DNA of 64,000 nt, from NCBI GenBank assembly GCA_905178155.1, contig CAJINV010000001.1, forward strand, positions 2,656,089-2,720,088. The letters run 5' to 3'. The position numbers and the translations under genes are program-made. The DNA is from Amoebophrya sp. A120. Taxonomy: Eukaryota > Protista > Dinoflagellata. The notes beneath the pieces were generated by a model, which did not search any database, was not told the origin of the DNA, and saw only the letters and a list, made by a program, of their open reading frames with translations. Positions 1 to 11,880 of this stretch are shown here, one piece after another; position 1 is the stretch's first letter; each line of letters opens with the position of its first letter.

Positions 1-1679
1 CCGCGTGCGGGAGATGCTCACGCCGCCGCCCGCGGCGATGTTGTGGCATCTAGATCCCCAGAGCGGCGAGAAGCTGCCGGACCGACACTTGTTGCCGCCG
101 TTCCGGCTTGTCCCTTACCTAAAGGAAGCGCCGAAAAAGACGAAATTCTTCTACTGGTGGTACGGAACATTTTCGCCGAACCAACAGGAGCAACTGTTTT
201 TTCGATGGAGGAAAGGTACTTCTAAACGTTTGTGGTGTTGTTTTACGCATTTGTAGTCTACTTCCGAGGTACGAAAACTTCTGAGATGCAGGATGTAAGA
301 ACGGATGAGAAGTACTGAGTTGATACGATAGAGAAGGAAGCCAGTTCTAAGACTAAGTATCTTTTCTTTAGTAGAAGTAAAAATTGCGCAAGTTGTAGTG
401 ACAATACAAATACAAATGCAAACCACAGGGCCCGCCACGATTCTTGGCGTGCTGCAGACCGCGATTTTCGTTTACGCCACCTTTGTCGCGCTCCTTTTAC
501 GCAACTTTTCCTACGTAGCCACGACGGGACAGGGGAGTCTGTGGTACGCGGTCGTGGGCTGGACGGCGGCGCTGATTGCTTTGCTTTACATCATTCCGGA
601 GTCTATCATGATGCTGGTCATTTGCAGTTCCACGAACATGATGCCTAACCGGCGAGCGATCCACGCGGTCGTGAAGGAGCACTCCCAAGAGTACCACAAC
701 CTCAGTACGACGCTGTTGGAGATGGCACAAATATCGGCGATGAAAGAGAAACTCGAGACGCCGGCACTCGCGGGGGATTTTAACAAGTATAAACTGTCAA
801 ATTACTTCGCTTTCTTCAGCTGATTATACGTGTGATTCGTCCGCCGGTTTCGGTCAAGATAGCCCTCAGATAGTATGCTACCGTCACCTTATTTCCTTGC
901 AACAAGCCTCCAACCTATCATTCATCTTCAACCACTTTGATTGAATTAACAGGTATCTCCAAGATCTGTACGAAGTGATCTTTTCCCAGGACCAAAAAGA
1001 CTTGTTCGAAGCCGGGTGGAAGATTCACAACTGGAACGCCACGCGGGGCATGAACCCGACGGAGTTGAAGGAGTGCATGGAACACCTGGGCTTCGAGGAC
1101 AGCGAGATTGTGATCGGGGAGTGGTGGTTGGTGTTTGATTCCGCAGGGGAAGGCACGCTCCACCACGACGACTTTGTGCGCATGCTGACCGCGCGACACA
1201 TCATCAAGTACGGTCTGATCTCGGTGGAAGATCTCGTCGCGTTGTTCCAAACGCACCCAAATGGGGAGACGATCACGGAGTACAATCGGCTGCGGTTGTC
1301 CGAATACCTGGTCTCCTTCCGCGTGGACGAGCCCCGGCTCGGCGCGGTGGTGCTGATTCGGGAGGCGCGGTTTCTGGCGGACGAGCGCGCCGGGCTGAGC
1401 GACCAGGAAATCATGCGAAAAATGATGGACATGGAGGCGGTCACCGTGACCCCGCAGGAGCTCGCGGAGTTTCTGTACACCAAGCAAAACTACCGGACCC
1501 GGTTGGATACGCGATTCATCGACCACATGCGGCAGGTCCGGGAGTTAGAGCGGCAGGAGGAACTGCAGCGGGTGGCAGCGATTGAGCAGCAGCGCGCGGA
1601 GCTGGTTGCTGAGCAGGGGCCGGGTGCGGAACCTGGTGGGGGGCTGGAGGAAACGCTGTTGCCGCGGGACACGCAATAA
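1..1679 (+). CDS. Multi-pass membrane protein with C-terminal EF-hand (MLO-like TM region); probably 5'-truncated; exons <1-215, 429-786, 953-1679
   Basis: GT-AG introns 216-428 and 787-952 join three ORFs in frame (QLFFRWRK|GPATILGVLQ; DFNK|YLQDLY). Hydrophobic helices are followed by an EF-hand-like VFDSAGEGTLHHDDF. Confidence 0.6.
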
Positions 1680-2748
1680 GGCTCGACTTGGGTCGTCGTG
1701 TGATGTTTAAAGATTGACTGACTTCGTTTCAAAGAAATTATCTAGCTATAGTGACTCAGTTTTTGCCCAATACAGATACACTGACTGTGGGTAGATGATG
1801 AAGATATTGGTGACGTCTTGCTTATAATTGTTGAGTGAATTATCATGATGTTACCCACCTGACATTTAGTGCTCGTCTTCTGGGATGAAGAGAGGACACT
1901 AATTGTCTGGAAGTTCAAAAACTTGTTGTAGAATATTTGCGCACAGCCACAGAAAAACAACTGTACCAAACCATCAACCCTGAAATCTTGTACAATGTAT
2001 GAATTCGTACCCGGAAGCAGAACAGAAACAGCAGAAATGATGAATGGCAATGTCCTTGTCATCTGCACTCACGCAAGAAATGAATCTGTAGAAAAACGTA
2101 GTTTGCGTTTCTGTGCGAAAAATTGAGGAGCAAAGATAACTGCGCAAACCACCATCGAGACAAGGCAGACAGCGTTGACGTCCTGCGTATCTGTTAGGGC
2201 CCGCTGTTTAGTTTTACACTTTGGATTGTGTATGTTCGTTTGATGTGAAGATCGGCATCTGCAACTCAAGTGAAATCTCCTCGAGTGCGGCGGATCTTCA
2301 TTTTTTTCTTGCGATTGTCATGCTTGCTGTCTTCCGCGCTGACTCTGCTATTTTCCAGGGTCGGTTCTTTTTTTTCTTGCGATGCAAACAAAAAAAGATT
2401 TTACTTCGCACTGACTTTATGTCACCCAGCTCGGCTGTGAATCTTTGGCGCTTTCAAAAAAGCGGTTGCACTTGAAATGGAAGTGGTTGCGTCTCCTGCT
2501 TCTTTAGTCCGCTGCACCCGACCTTATACATAAAAGTTGTCTTGTCTATCTTGGAAACTACGCTGCTGTGTTGAGAACAAGCGCTCGTGTCAAAGTGTCG
2601 GCGTGTTTCTCAGAAACAATAAGTAACGGCAGGGCTTTGCTTCCAGCCAGATTTCGCTGCAAGTGCAAGCGCGGTTGGGAAAGAAGGCAACGCGGTCCAG
2701 GAAGTAATACTGTGTGGGCTACTTACTATTCATTGAACCAAGGTCATC

Positions 2749-5700
2749 ATGGACCTTTCTACCGAGAAGACCGGCAGTGCGTCGAGTGCTGTCGAGGCAC
2801 CAGAATCAGTCGACAATCGCGACGGCGCGAGTTGTGTGTCAACTGGAAGTAGAAACACAACGGAACTTGTGAAAGGGAACAATGGAGTGGTAGACCAAGG
2901 TGCCAGTACTTCTATTGCTTCCAGTGCAGCCGGTGAGGCGAAGAGCAATGGGGATAATTTTTCCCGAGGGTCGGAGGCGAGCAATGCCCGCAACAGCAGG
3001 TCGTCCAGCAGCAGGGAAAAAGCGAGAAGAACAAAGGAAACAAGCGAGGAAATTACGAGCTACAAATTGGGGCTTTTACCCCGGCGGCCGCTCGCGCCAC
3101 TTCTGGAGCTGAATGAAGAGCAGGTATAATACGAACGCGCGGTTTATTCTCTATTCTTTAGTTTAACACGTGCAGCCTCATGTTCTTGCATAGTTGTACG
3201 TAGCACAGGTCAATGCCTGTCTGCAACTCGACACAAGAACAGGAAAAGTACGGCTCATAAATTCATAGCGTTCTAGTATGGCCGCGATTTGCGCTTCTGA
3301 GTGTGGGTATTTGTGTTGGTTTACTTCTTCTATCGCGTCGAACCAAAAAATCTGCAGTCTGAGTCCTCGCTGGCTGGCAACACCAGTATCTGCGAGTCTC
3401 GGATCGCGGGGAGCACTCGACTCACGGTGAAACTGGAAGATATCGCCGACCTAGAGGACTTACAGAATACGGAAGAAGCGGGCTGCACAGACCCCGACGA
3501 AGGTAAGGACATAGAGAAGGACCGGCGAAAGATTTTAGACACGATGATCACGGCAAGTGAGCAGGGCGGACCGGGGGCTCCTCCGGGGAGTGCGGTCGTT
3601 GATATGGTATAGATGACCTACATAATGTTGTCCTTGGGTATTCTGATATAAAAGTTTATAGTCATCGATTCATAGTACTTCTCTTAGTGGAGAGCTGTCT
3701 GGGTTGTACCACTAGATTTGCTGTGCATCGAAAAAGTAGAAATTGCACTTCTTTTTCTCATTTATTGTTTACCTGAAAATCGAAATTTTTATATTAGGAA
3801 AAGGAAATGGCAGAGCTGAGCTCCGCCTGCCTCCGGGCCAAGATGCAGGATATCGAGTCCGGTGTGGTGCGCGACGTTCCCATGAGCATGTGCAATTCGG
3901 TGCACAGCAAAGCACCGTATTTGAATGAGGAAGAATTTATCAATACCGTAGAACTACCGGACCACGTCGAGAACAAGAATGCTGGCGATCAAAGTGCATC
4001 ATCTTCAAGGGGTTTCTCGAAAGAGATGAGTGACCACTGTGCGGCTCAACCAGCTACAAACCAGCAGAACCTGAGCGGCTTTAGTTTCGTCGACGCCACT
4101 CCCCCGCACCACAGCTCAATGTCCACCTCTGGGGCGAAACTAAATCTTCCAGTTACAACGACAGCGGGAGGATCAACATTGAACCAATCGACAAGCAACC
4201 AAACAAGGAATAACAAAGCCATTTCCGGTTCTGCCCATCGCCTCTCCTCATCCGCCAGCTTCAAAGCGAAAAGCGGCCCGCTGAGCCAATCCATCGGGCG
4301 GCACGAGAAGGAGAATAACAATCTGACAGCTCTGCTGCAGCAGCGTAATGGAGCTGCTGCAGGTGTGCAACACAATAACAATGGCGTTTCTAGCGGTTGT
4401 TCGAGTAGGTATAGCACGGATGGTAACTACTACGCGGAAGAAGAGAAAGGAGAAGCAGTAGACAATGCGGGACAACTAGAAAATAAACAAACAGCCATAA
4501 TCTCCAGCAAGATGAATCAGGAGCAGCAGCAGCAGGAGCAGCAACAGCTTCGCCTGTTCGCGATAGAGCAGCAGCCGGTTCTTGTTGCATCGTCGTCCTC
4601 TTCAAACACTGCCAGTAATTCCCGCGAGGTAATAAATCTGGACAACAATCAGGGCAACGACCCATCGAAAAATCCGCTGCTCCTTGCACAGCGAAGCAAC
4701 ACTGGGGACGAGAATACGTCAACTGACGGTCGTATGGGTAGTTGCAATGGAAGTTGCAATCTTCATGAAGGAGGTCCTGCTCCGGGTCAACAACTTGAGC
4801 AATCCGGGCAGCAGCTGTTGATGCTATCCTCCCTGAATCTGAGCAACGCCGCGCAGAAGGAGCCCAGTTCCTGTTCCAACAACGGCTCGGATTGCGACGT
4901 CGGGAGCGGATCGGCTATTCTGTGTAAAAACGTCCCCACCCCATAGTTGTAATGCAAATCTGCATGCTGAAGATATTTCTCATGCGGAGTCTCATGGGAA
5001 GCATTTTTTAGTCGTGTTGTGGAATTTGTTATGCTCGAGTCAGCATATATATGCTAGGCCTGTTATGCGACTGGGCTAGCGAAACAGGATTACACTACGA
5101 GGCAAAGCTTGTCATGCGCAACAGCCAAAGCTTGTTGGTTTATGTAGCAGATTTCCAATCTTGACTCCGGGGTGGAGGCGTTTTTACTCAGGATATCCAC
5201 CCTCTCCTCCTTACTCCCCGGCCGGCTGTTTATGCGGGACGACGAGTCCTCTGACACGCCGGCGAATTCCGTCACCACCGAGCAGTTGGCCGCGCCGCTC
5301 GAAATCAACGACGAGGAGGAGGACGGGTGCAACCAAATTAACAACAGTTCCAGTTGCAACGACAACTATTCTGCGGACGACGATTATCCCTGGAAAAAAG
5401 TCAGTGTTACAGTTACACATTTGTAGTCAAATCAGCAACACAAATCTCTCTGCATGAGAAACTTGTAATGCAGAAATCCTACGGGAAAACACCTATGAAA
5501 CGATGCTTCTATGCGTATCCGGCATGACAGAGCTGGTCTGTTTTGCTTGGCCTGCAACCCAATGTGTAACAATAACACTTTCTTCTCTGGATAACGATCT
5601 CGAGAGATTGGAAACCCAGACCCGCCGGGCGGAGATAGACAGTTCTTCGGAGCAGGAGCAGGACGCCATGACGGACAATCAGGAACCCTGTACTATCAAA

Positions 5701-7300
5701 TGCAAATAGGTCTGGGTCTGGAAGGTTGGAACTTGTGTGTGATGCTAACTTTGGACTCTAAAAAAATCTGTATTGCATGACCAGCAGAGGGAGTGTAATT
5801 TTTGCTACGGGAAGAGGGCATTTGTCATGCGGAATAGGCATCAAAAAGCCCTCAAAAAATCTCTGATGCTAGGGCATGCATCACAGACATCATGGCTCAT
5901 GCAAAACTTGCATGACAAGTCTCAGAATCTTCCAGACCCAGACATATTTGGAGTTGATATGTACCGGCATCGGCCAAGTGTTCGCCCGCAGCTGCGAATC
6001 CGTGCCCGCGCCGACGGCAAATACGGTGGAGGAGGGGCTGCGGCTATCGGAAGTGGACCGGAGTCGCGTTTCGGGCGGAGAGTATCATCATGGCACGGGG
6101 TTGGTGAAAACAAGTGGATTCGGTGGAACGTTAACCTCCAGCGGCCAGAGCGGGAAACTGCGTAAATTGGGGTCGAGAGGCAGCAATAACAACGACGGGT
6201 CGGTCGTCGATCACCAGCGAATCTCTGGGGAGTTTCCGCACGGGCTGCTATCCTCCTCTGTGCTGGTGCCCGGGGGCGCAATAAATAACGCTGGCGGTAG
6301 TTACAACCATTTGAGTGCTGGAGCAGTTCCTGGTGGAGAACACCACAGTGTGTTGGGCAGTAACCTTCAACATAATTCCTCCAACGCATTTATTCAAGAG
6401 CACGGGGCCGGCGGTGGGGGCCGGCCCTCCGGTCCGCGGGCCGGCCACTGGCCGGTATTGCTGTCTTCATCGGAAGAATCGGAAAACAACCAGCTACAAG
6501 CGTACGGGGACTTCATGCTGACTGCGGAGCAGCAACGGGCGTATTTACATCGTCAACAACGACTGGCGGCCGAACACGAGAAACTGCAGGAAAAGAAGGA
6601 GGAGCTGGAAAGACGGGAAGAGGCACTGGCGGAACGCGAGCGAGTCGTCGTGCGAAAAGAACAAGAATTCAAAATCAGTGGCGACCCCTCCGCGTCTATC
6701 CTGAGTAAAAACGTACCCACACCAGAGTCAGGATGGGGATTTTGCAACACAAACCTAGGAGTTTTGTGACTCACGCGTGACAAGTTGCACTCTGCAGTGT
6801 AGTGCAGGTTAGCAAGTGCAGCCGCATCACAGATTCGTCTGCTCATCCTGTTCACAGCGTCACAAATTCCAAAACACGATTGGAAATGGCTCTCATGGGG
6901 ATGCGCATTACAAGTCTTCCTGTCTTTGCAAATCTACATTTGTTAGCGGCCGGGAGATGATGGTGATGGCACTTCTGTGTCCGCCTGACCTACCCCCCCT
7001 GCGTGTCAAGCCATCTGCGGCCTGGGGCAGAGGGGGGGGCAAAGTGTGCTGCAATTCCTTTAGCATTACAACTCTGGTGTGGGGACGTTTTTACTCAGGA
7101 TAGCGTCCTCCACCCCCTCAGCTTCGCGGGACGACGACTACAAAAACTACGGAAGCAAGAAAAGTGAAGACTTTTCCGCCGTGACCGCCTGCTGCGTCTC
7201 GTTTCTTGCGTCTTTGCAAAGACAGACCGGCATTTCGGAGCAGACGCTGGACTTCAAAAAAGTGGCAAAGCAACTGTGCTTCCACCCAGACACGCTGTGA
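2749..7300 (+). CDS. Large low-complexity S/N/Q-rich protein with C-terminal coiled coil; 2 canonical introns (3124-3357, 3607-3797) and 4 introner introns
   Basis: ORFs 2749, 3301, 3807, 5172, 5503, 5876 and 7079 join in one frame after removing the GT-AG introns and each element plus one TSD. Confidence 0.65.
4916..5195. mobile_element. Introner family A (diverged copy, 280 bp)
   Basis: TATTCTGTGTAAAAACGTCCCCACC...GGTGGAGGCGTTTTTACTCAGGATA. Degenerate TSD TCGGC/TCCAC. Removal gives GSA|LSSLL in frame. Confidence 0.85.
5385..5593. mobile_element. Introner family F (209 bp)
   Basis: Imperfect TIR TATCCCTGGAAAAAAG..GTTACACATT / AATGTGTAAC..CTTCTCTGGATA. TSD ACGAT. Join ADDD|LERLE. Confidence 0.85.
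5694..5959. mobile_element. Introner family B (266 bp)
   Basis: TATCAAATGCAAATAGGTCTGGGTCTGGAAG...CTTCCAGACCCAGACATATTTGGAGTTGATA. TSD TGTAC. Join EPCT|GIGQ. Confidence 0.92.
6697..7102. mobile_element. Introner family A with nested 122-bp insertion (406 bp)
   Basis: TIR TATCCTGAGTAAAAACGTACCCACACCAGAGT. TSD GCGTC. Join DPSAS|STPSA. Confidence 0.93.
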
Positions 7301-9750
7301 AGTATGGAATAGGAAATAAATATTGAATTGTATCTGTCCAATTATCGAAGACAGTCTCGCTCGTCTTGCATCGTAATTTCATGATCCTGCGAAACAGTAA
7401 ATCACTTTTCCGATGAACATTGAAATTAATTCCGACCACACTGGAGGCATTTTTTGAGCCGTGAGTAAAAAAGATGAATGCAATTGTATCATGTGTACTG
7501 AGTATTTCTTCGTATGATTACAACTGTCTTTGGCTTGTAGATGAAGTTACTATAAGAAATGCCGAAGAAGTTTTATTTCTGAGGTGTTTAGTTAAGAACC
7601 TTGCCAGCCGAACTGAAAGATTTTTCTAGTGACGCCCCGGTTCGCGGCCGCGTGTCTCGTGCTGTCGTGTAAACATAGCTATGAAAGACGAGCCTCAACC
7701 TGCGAGTCGTATTATCAATCAGAAGTGCCCGCTCGCCCATCGGAATCGGTATCAGTAACTGCTTCAAGAACATCAGAAATCAGAATTTCGTCCATATCTC
7801 TTTGTGTAAAGCGATAATATTAATGATAGAGAAAAGAACAGATTTACTTGCGAATAAAAAATAAGAAGTGCATCGAAATACCTTTCCGAAAAAATCTTCA
7901 ACCAGCCAAGACAGAATTCTTGTGTGTCCATGCGGTGCAAGAGTACCAGAATTTTTGGGCTAGTCTAGAGTCGTCATTACCGCCTTGACCTACTATCTAT
8001 GTCGAGGACCTATCATGGTTCCCGCCGATGTTGTTCCCGACATACTTTTCATTTTGCTCGTGTTGCCTTTTCGGTGCATATTCTTTCACACCCTCAGTGA
8101 GTAAAAAATTGGTGTAGAATCTCTTTCGAATCGCATCGCCGAGTGAGGGACGAGGCTGCTAGAGCGATGCAAGCGATAGTACGTATAATTCGGCAACGTC
8201 AGTCGAGACTTTGCAGTAGAGAGGGGAAGCAGGTTTCGCCCTGGCGAATGAGTGCTCGTTCGTGGCCGAACTTATTATCACAAGCAGTGCAGCTGCAGCC
8301 CTCCCAATTGTCTTTGTCCTTTTCATCGTATGGTGCTCTTTCACTGACCCGGAATTTCTTCTTTTCTTTTGTAAGATTTTTATTCGGTCTACTACTACTT
8401 CACTAGGAAATAAAGCAGTTGAAGCCAGAGAAAAAGAAAACCTTTCTCGTCACCATGGCGTACGTGGCGTCATGGAAGGCCCCGTTGGGGTCCATCATGG
8501 GCTCGCAGAATATGGAGCAGGAGTTGCGGATCGGAAAACAATCAGCTTCAGGAATGAACGCAGTGTTTGAAATGCGGTTTGCACTCAAAATTTGCATGAC
8601 TTCGCGCAAGGAATTGCGACCCTTCTGGGGAGGGGAGTCGCAAAAGAATAAGAAAACTATTCTCGGTTGTCCGGTTGTACTTATTTTCTGCATTTATTTT
8701 TTGGCCGCGTTTTGATTCCTGGGGTACTGTTTTCCACTCGATAGGAGCCCAGAAATGCGGAAAACATCAACGAAACATTTCGAAAAAACGAGACGGAAGG
8801 TATACTCTTGTTTTGACAGAAATTATTTTTCTCCATAGCGATCTCTACTGAGTATTATGCCAGTGTAGTCGTGCAAATATTGGTCGTGAACAGTTTTGAG
8901 GCAGAGGTGCGAAAGCCGCCACCCAGTATCTTTTCGAACACCAAGGAGTTTGCAAAGTCAGAGAAACCACAATCCTCCAGGTTATTTCAAGCCACCATTT
9001 TGCCAATGGCCCTTTGGAGGAACGAGCAAGAAGGAGACCAAGCAAAGAATAAAATCAGGGGAGCCAGTGGTATAGACACAGCAAGTGTTATTCTTTCGAG
9101 TTCTAGTACTTCGGCCGTGATGTAGTTGCAACCACATGAAGTACAAGTTGCAAACAAACATGGTTCTACATCACAGGTAAAAGCGGGCAGTTACGAATAC
9201 GAGCCAACGGCAAACGACTACTACTTTGGGATGGGAAAATTTTTATCATACAGAAAATTATTGCTAGTGAAGCCTGTATTTGATCATAGATGTTTTCACG
9301 TCGCACAATGAAAAAGCCAGCAACGTGAAAGAACGAGCAAGGTAGAATCGGGCATATGATGCAGACAACAGAACGTCACGATCTCCCGATCCCGGTACAT
9401 ATTTGGATACGGCGCCGGACGGGTTTAAGTTTATACTTACTTGCATCCATTGGCATTCGGGATTTTGACTGTGCAATACATAGACAGCCGCTTCTATGCT
9501 AGCACATTTCTGTACGATACGCAACCCGACCGAAAGACGAAGACGAAATGTCGATCCGCACCGAGTCCACGACACTCTACATGCAGAGCAATCTCTGTAC
9601 GAATTTACTTTCAACACATTTTGATGGAGTTTATTGGCGTCGTAGTACCAAGCTGAGGATAAATGAATATTGACGTTTTTTTTGCTTTTTTTTTTTTACG
9701 AGGACGAGTCTAAACGTCATCGTCATTCCCTCCATGCAATAAATGCAAAG

Positions 9751-10735
9751 GTACAAGAACGTTCGGACCCAACAAGAAGCCAAATGCACTTCCGGGCGTC
9801 GTTAGCAGGCCAAAATTCGAGAAGAGGCCCTTCATCAAGCCATACATTGTCCCGGACTCGATGAAGAACGTATTTTTTGTTGTCTTTTGATGCTATTGCG
9901 TTTGTCCTGTTTCTTTTTCAAGAGCTCGATAGTAACTCTAACAAACTGCAACGTGCTTGTTCTCGCGTTTTCTTGTGACATGCGGGGCATGAACAAAAAT
10001 AAAAAAGAAAAAACAGTACGACGCAAAAATCGACATCTTCGACAACGTGCAACACGATGGTGTGCGATCACCAATGGCACCAAAGTATCGTCTATAGTTT
10101 TTCACTATCTTTTGTTCGTAGCTGATGATACCTTCACAGGTCATCAAACATTTTAGATGATATCGTTCGTGTGAGGACATAGTAGGTATTGAATCGACTC
10201 CAATTTATTACTGTGAAACGAAACAATTTTTCAGGGCCGACCAGGAATTTCTGCCGCTGGAAAAGAACACGGCAATTTTCATTAGCAAGGCGGGGCACTC
10301 AGAAGAAATGAAGCCGGCCGTGGGCAACCCATATGGTCCGGAGTTCTCGCCGCCACAGCCACTTCGGTCCGGGAAGAGGGGGCTCCCACGATCATACGCA
10401 GTCGGAGCGGTATTACGGAATTCTTGTTTATTTCAAAAAGTCGAAATGATGGATTTCGATTTTTTCGAAGTTGTACGCATGGAGGTTCGACTATTCTTCT
10501 GAAGAACGTACTTTTTTTCGATTGGCAATTTGGATCCGCAATAATACAGGTCCCGCGCGTATCGGACAGCATGCCCGCGGAGAAGGAGCCAGTGTGGCGA
10601 CAGAATGATTCGCGTGTGCTGATCAGTCCCCGCACGTACCTCAACGCAACGGAGAAGGTCACGAAGAAAAACAAGTACCTGGAAGACCGGTTGTTCGAAC
10701 CGAATGGAGACCTGGTGCTGACGTACGAAAACTAG
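9751..10735 (+). CDS. 3' part of a multi-exon hypothetical protein (exons 9751-9869, 10017-10084, 10235-10409, 10550-10735); upstream exons likely in 8.4-9.6 kb
   Basis: GT-AG introns give the continuous frame ...PDSMKN|YDAKID...MAPK|ADQEF...AVGA|VPRVSD...LTYEN*. Confidence 0.5.
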
Positions 10736-11880
10736 AAATGCACCCGGTGCATTTCGAAACTTTAGTAAAAAAAGCTTCTTTACTTCTGTAAATGTAAAAC
10801 TTTCAACAGCAAACGTAAGAACTGCAAGCAATGCAAAAATGTCTTAGGATTTCAACGAATTTGGCAAGGATAATCCAGAAAATTATATGTTTCAAACCGA
10901 TTCAGATCATCTGATGACACAAATATAGCAAACTAGTTTATTCTAATTCGAACGTATCTCGTTGTAGCTTTCATCAGACGCACGGTTTTAGAGGTACACG
11001 ATGCAGCATCAGGTTCGCGCTGCATGCGCTTGCAACAATCCTTGCAAGCGAAAGAGGATCTTGTATGATTAGGTGTCGTCGTCTTCGTGTAGAATAGTTT
11101 TCGAAACTAGATGCACGACGACCACGCCCAAGCAGGTTTACAGTACCCGTATTACACTATCCCAGTTAGCACCAATAGCGGGAAAGCAAGTCGGAGTTGT
11201 GAGCAGTCCCCTGTAAGCAAGCGCCGACTCGGAATTTTCTGTAGATATATGTTTGTGAGAACTACTGCACTCTTTCTCCGAAAGAAGTTCTAGAGAAGAA
11301 AACTATGGCTTACACTGTACACCACGGTAGGGACTAATGGAGGAAAAACAATTTCGGAGGACAATAAGGTAGAACTTCGAGAGCTTCTTGCGCAGGTTCT
11401 CTGTCTGCGCACCCTAAAAAAAGAATTCTTCCGATCCCGAATTAGACAAGTGACAGCACTCATTCGTTGTCACCGCGAAAGATGTTGCAACGTGTACGTG
11501 TTGCACCAATCCTGTCACGTGCCTCTGTAAGAGCTTGGGAAGATCAGCTGCTTTACGATTCGAAAGTCGAAACGAACAATGACACAAAGATCAGTTCGCA
11601 AAAACGTTCCTTCCTGACTATCTAGATCACCGCGAACACAAAGTAAATGTTGCGCCATTGATCAAAGAAAGTAACTAGCTTTAGTACTATCACCCTTGGA
11701 TTTCTAAATTTAGATACAAAAAGACGCTACCCAACATGATTTATCGGACCTCTCAGCGATTTGTACGAAAAAATTTTTTGCGAACAAATTTTAAGACTTA
11801 CAGACACTAACAACTTGGACATTTTGTACACCCAGTGAAATAAGAGTTTTCACGACCGATACATATTCTCTGCGACAAGA

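Noticed and set aside
216-428. AAAGG/ACAGG boundary repeat as a decayed TSD (similar case at 56928-57101)
   Set aside because: It is explained by the ordinary AG|G context, and there is no TIR remnant.
6955-6990. C/D-box snoRNA in the nested insert (ATGATG...CTGA)
   Set aside because: The boxes are imperfect and too close together, and there is no terminal stem.
7095-7102. Family A internal CTCAG as a general canonical acceptor
   Set aside because: An in-frame GT donor next to the left end exists only for the 6697 copy, so it cannot explain the other copies.
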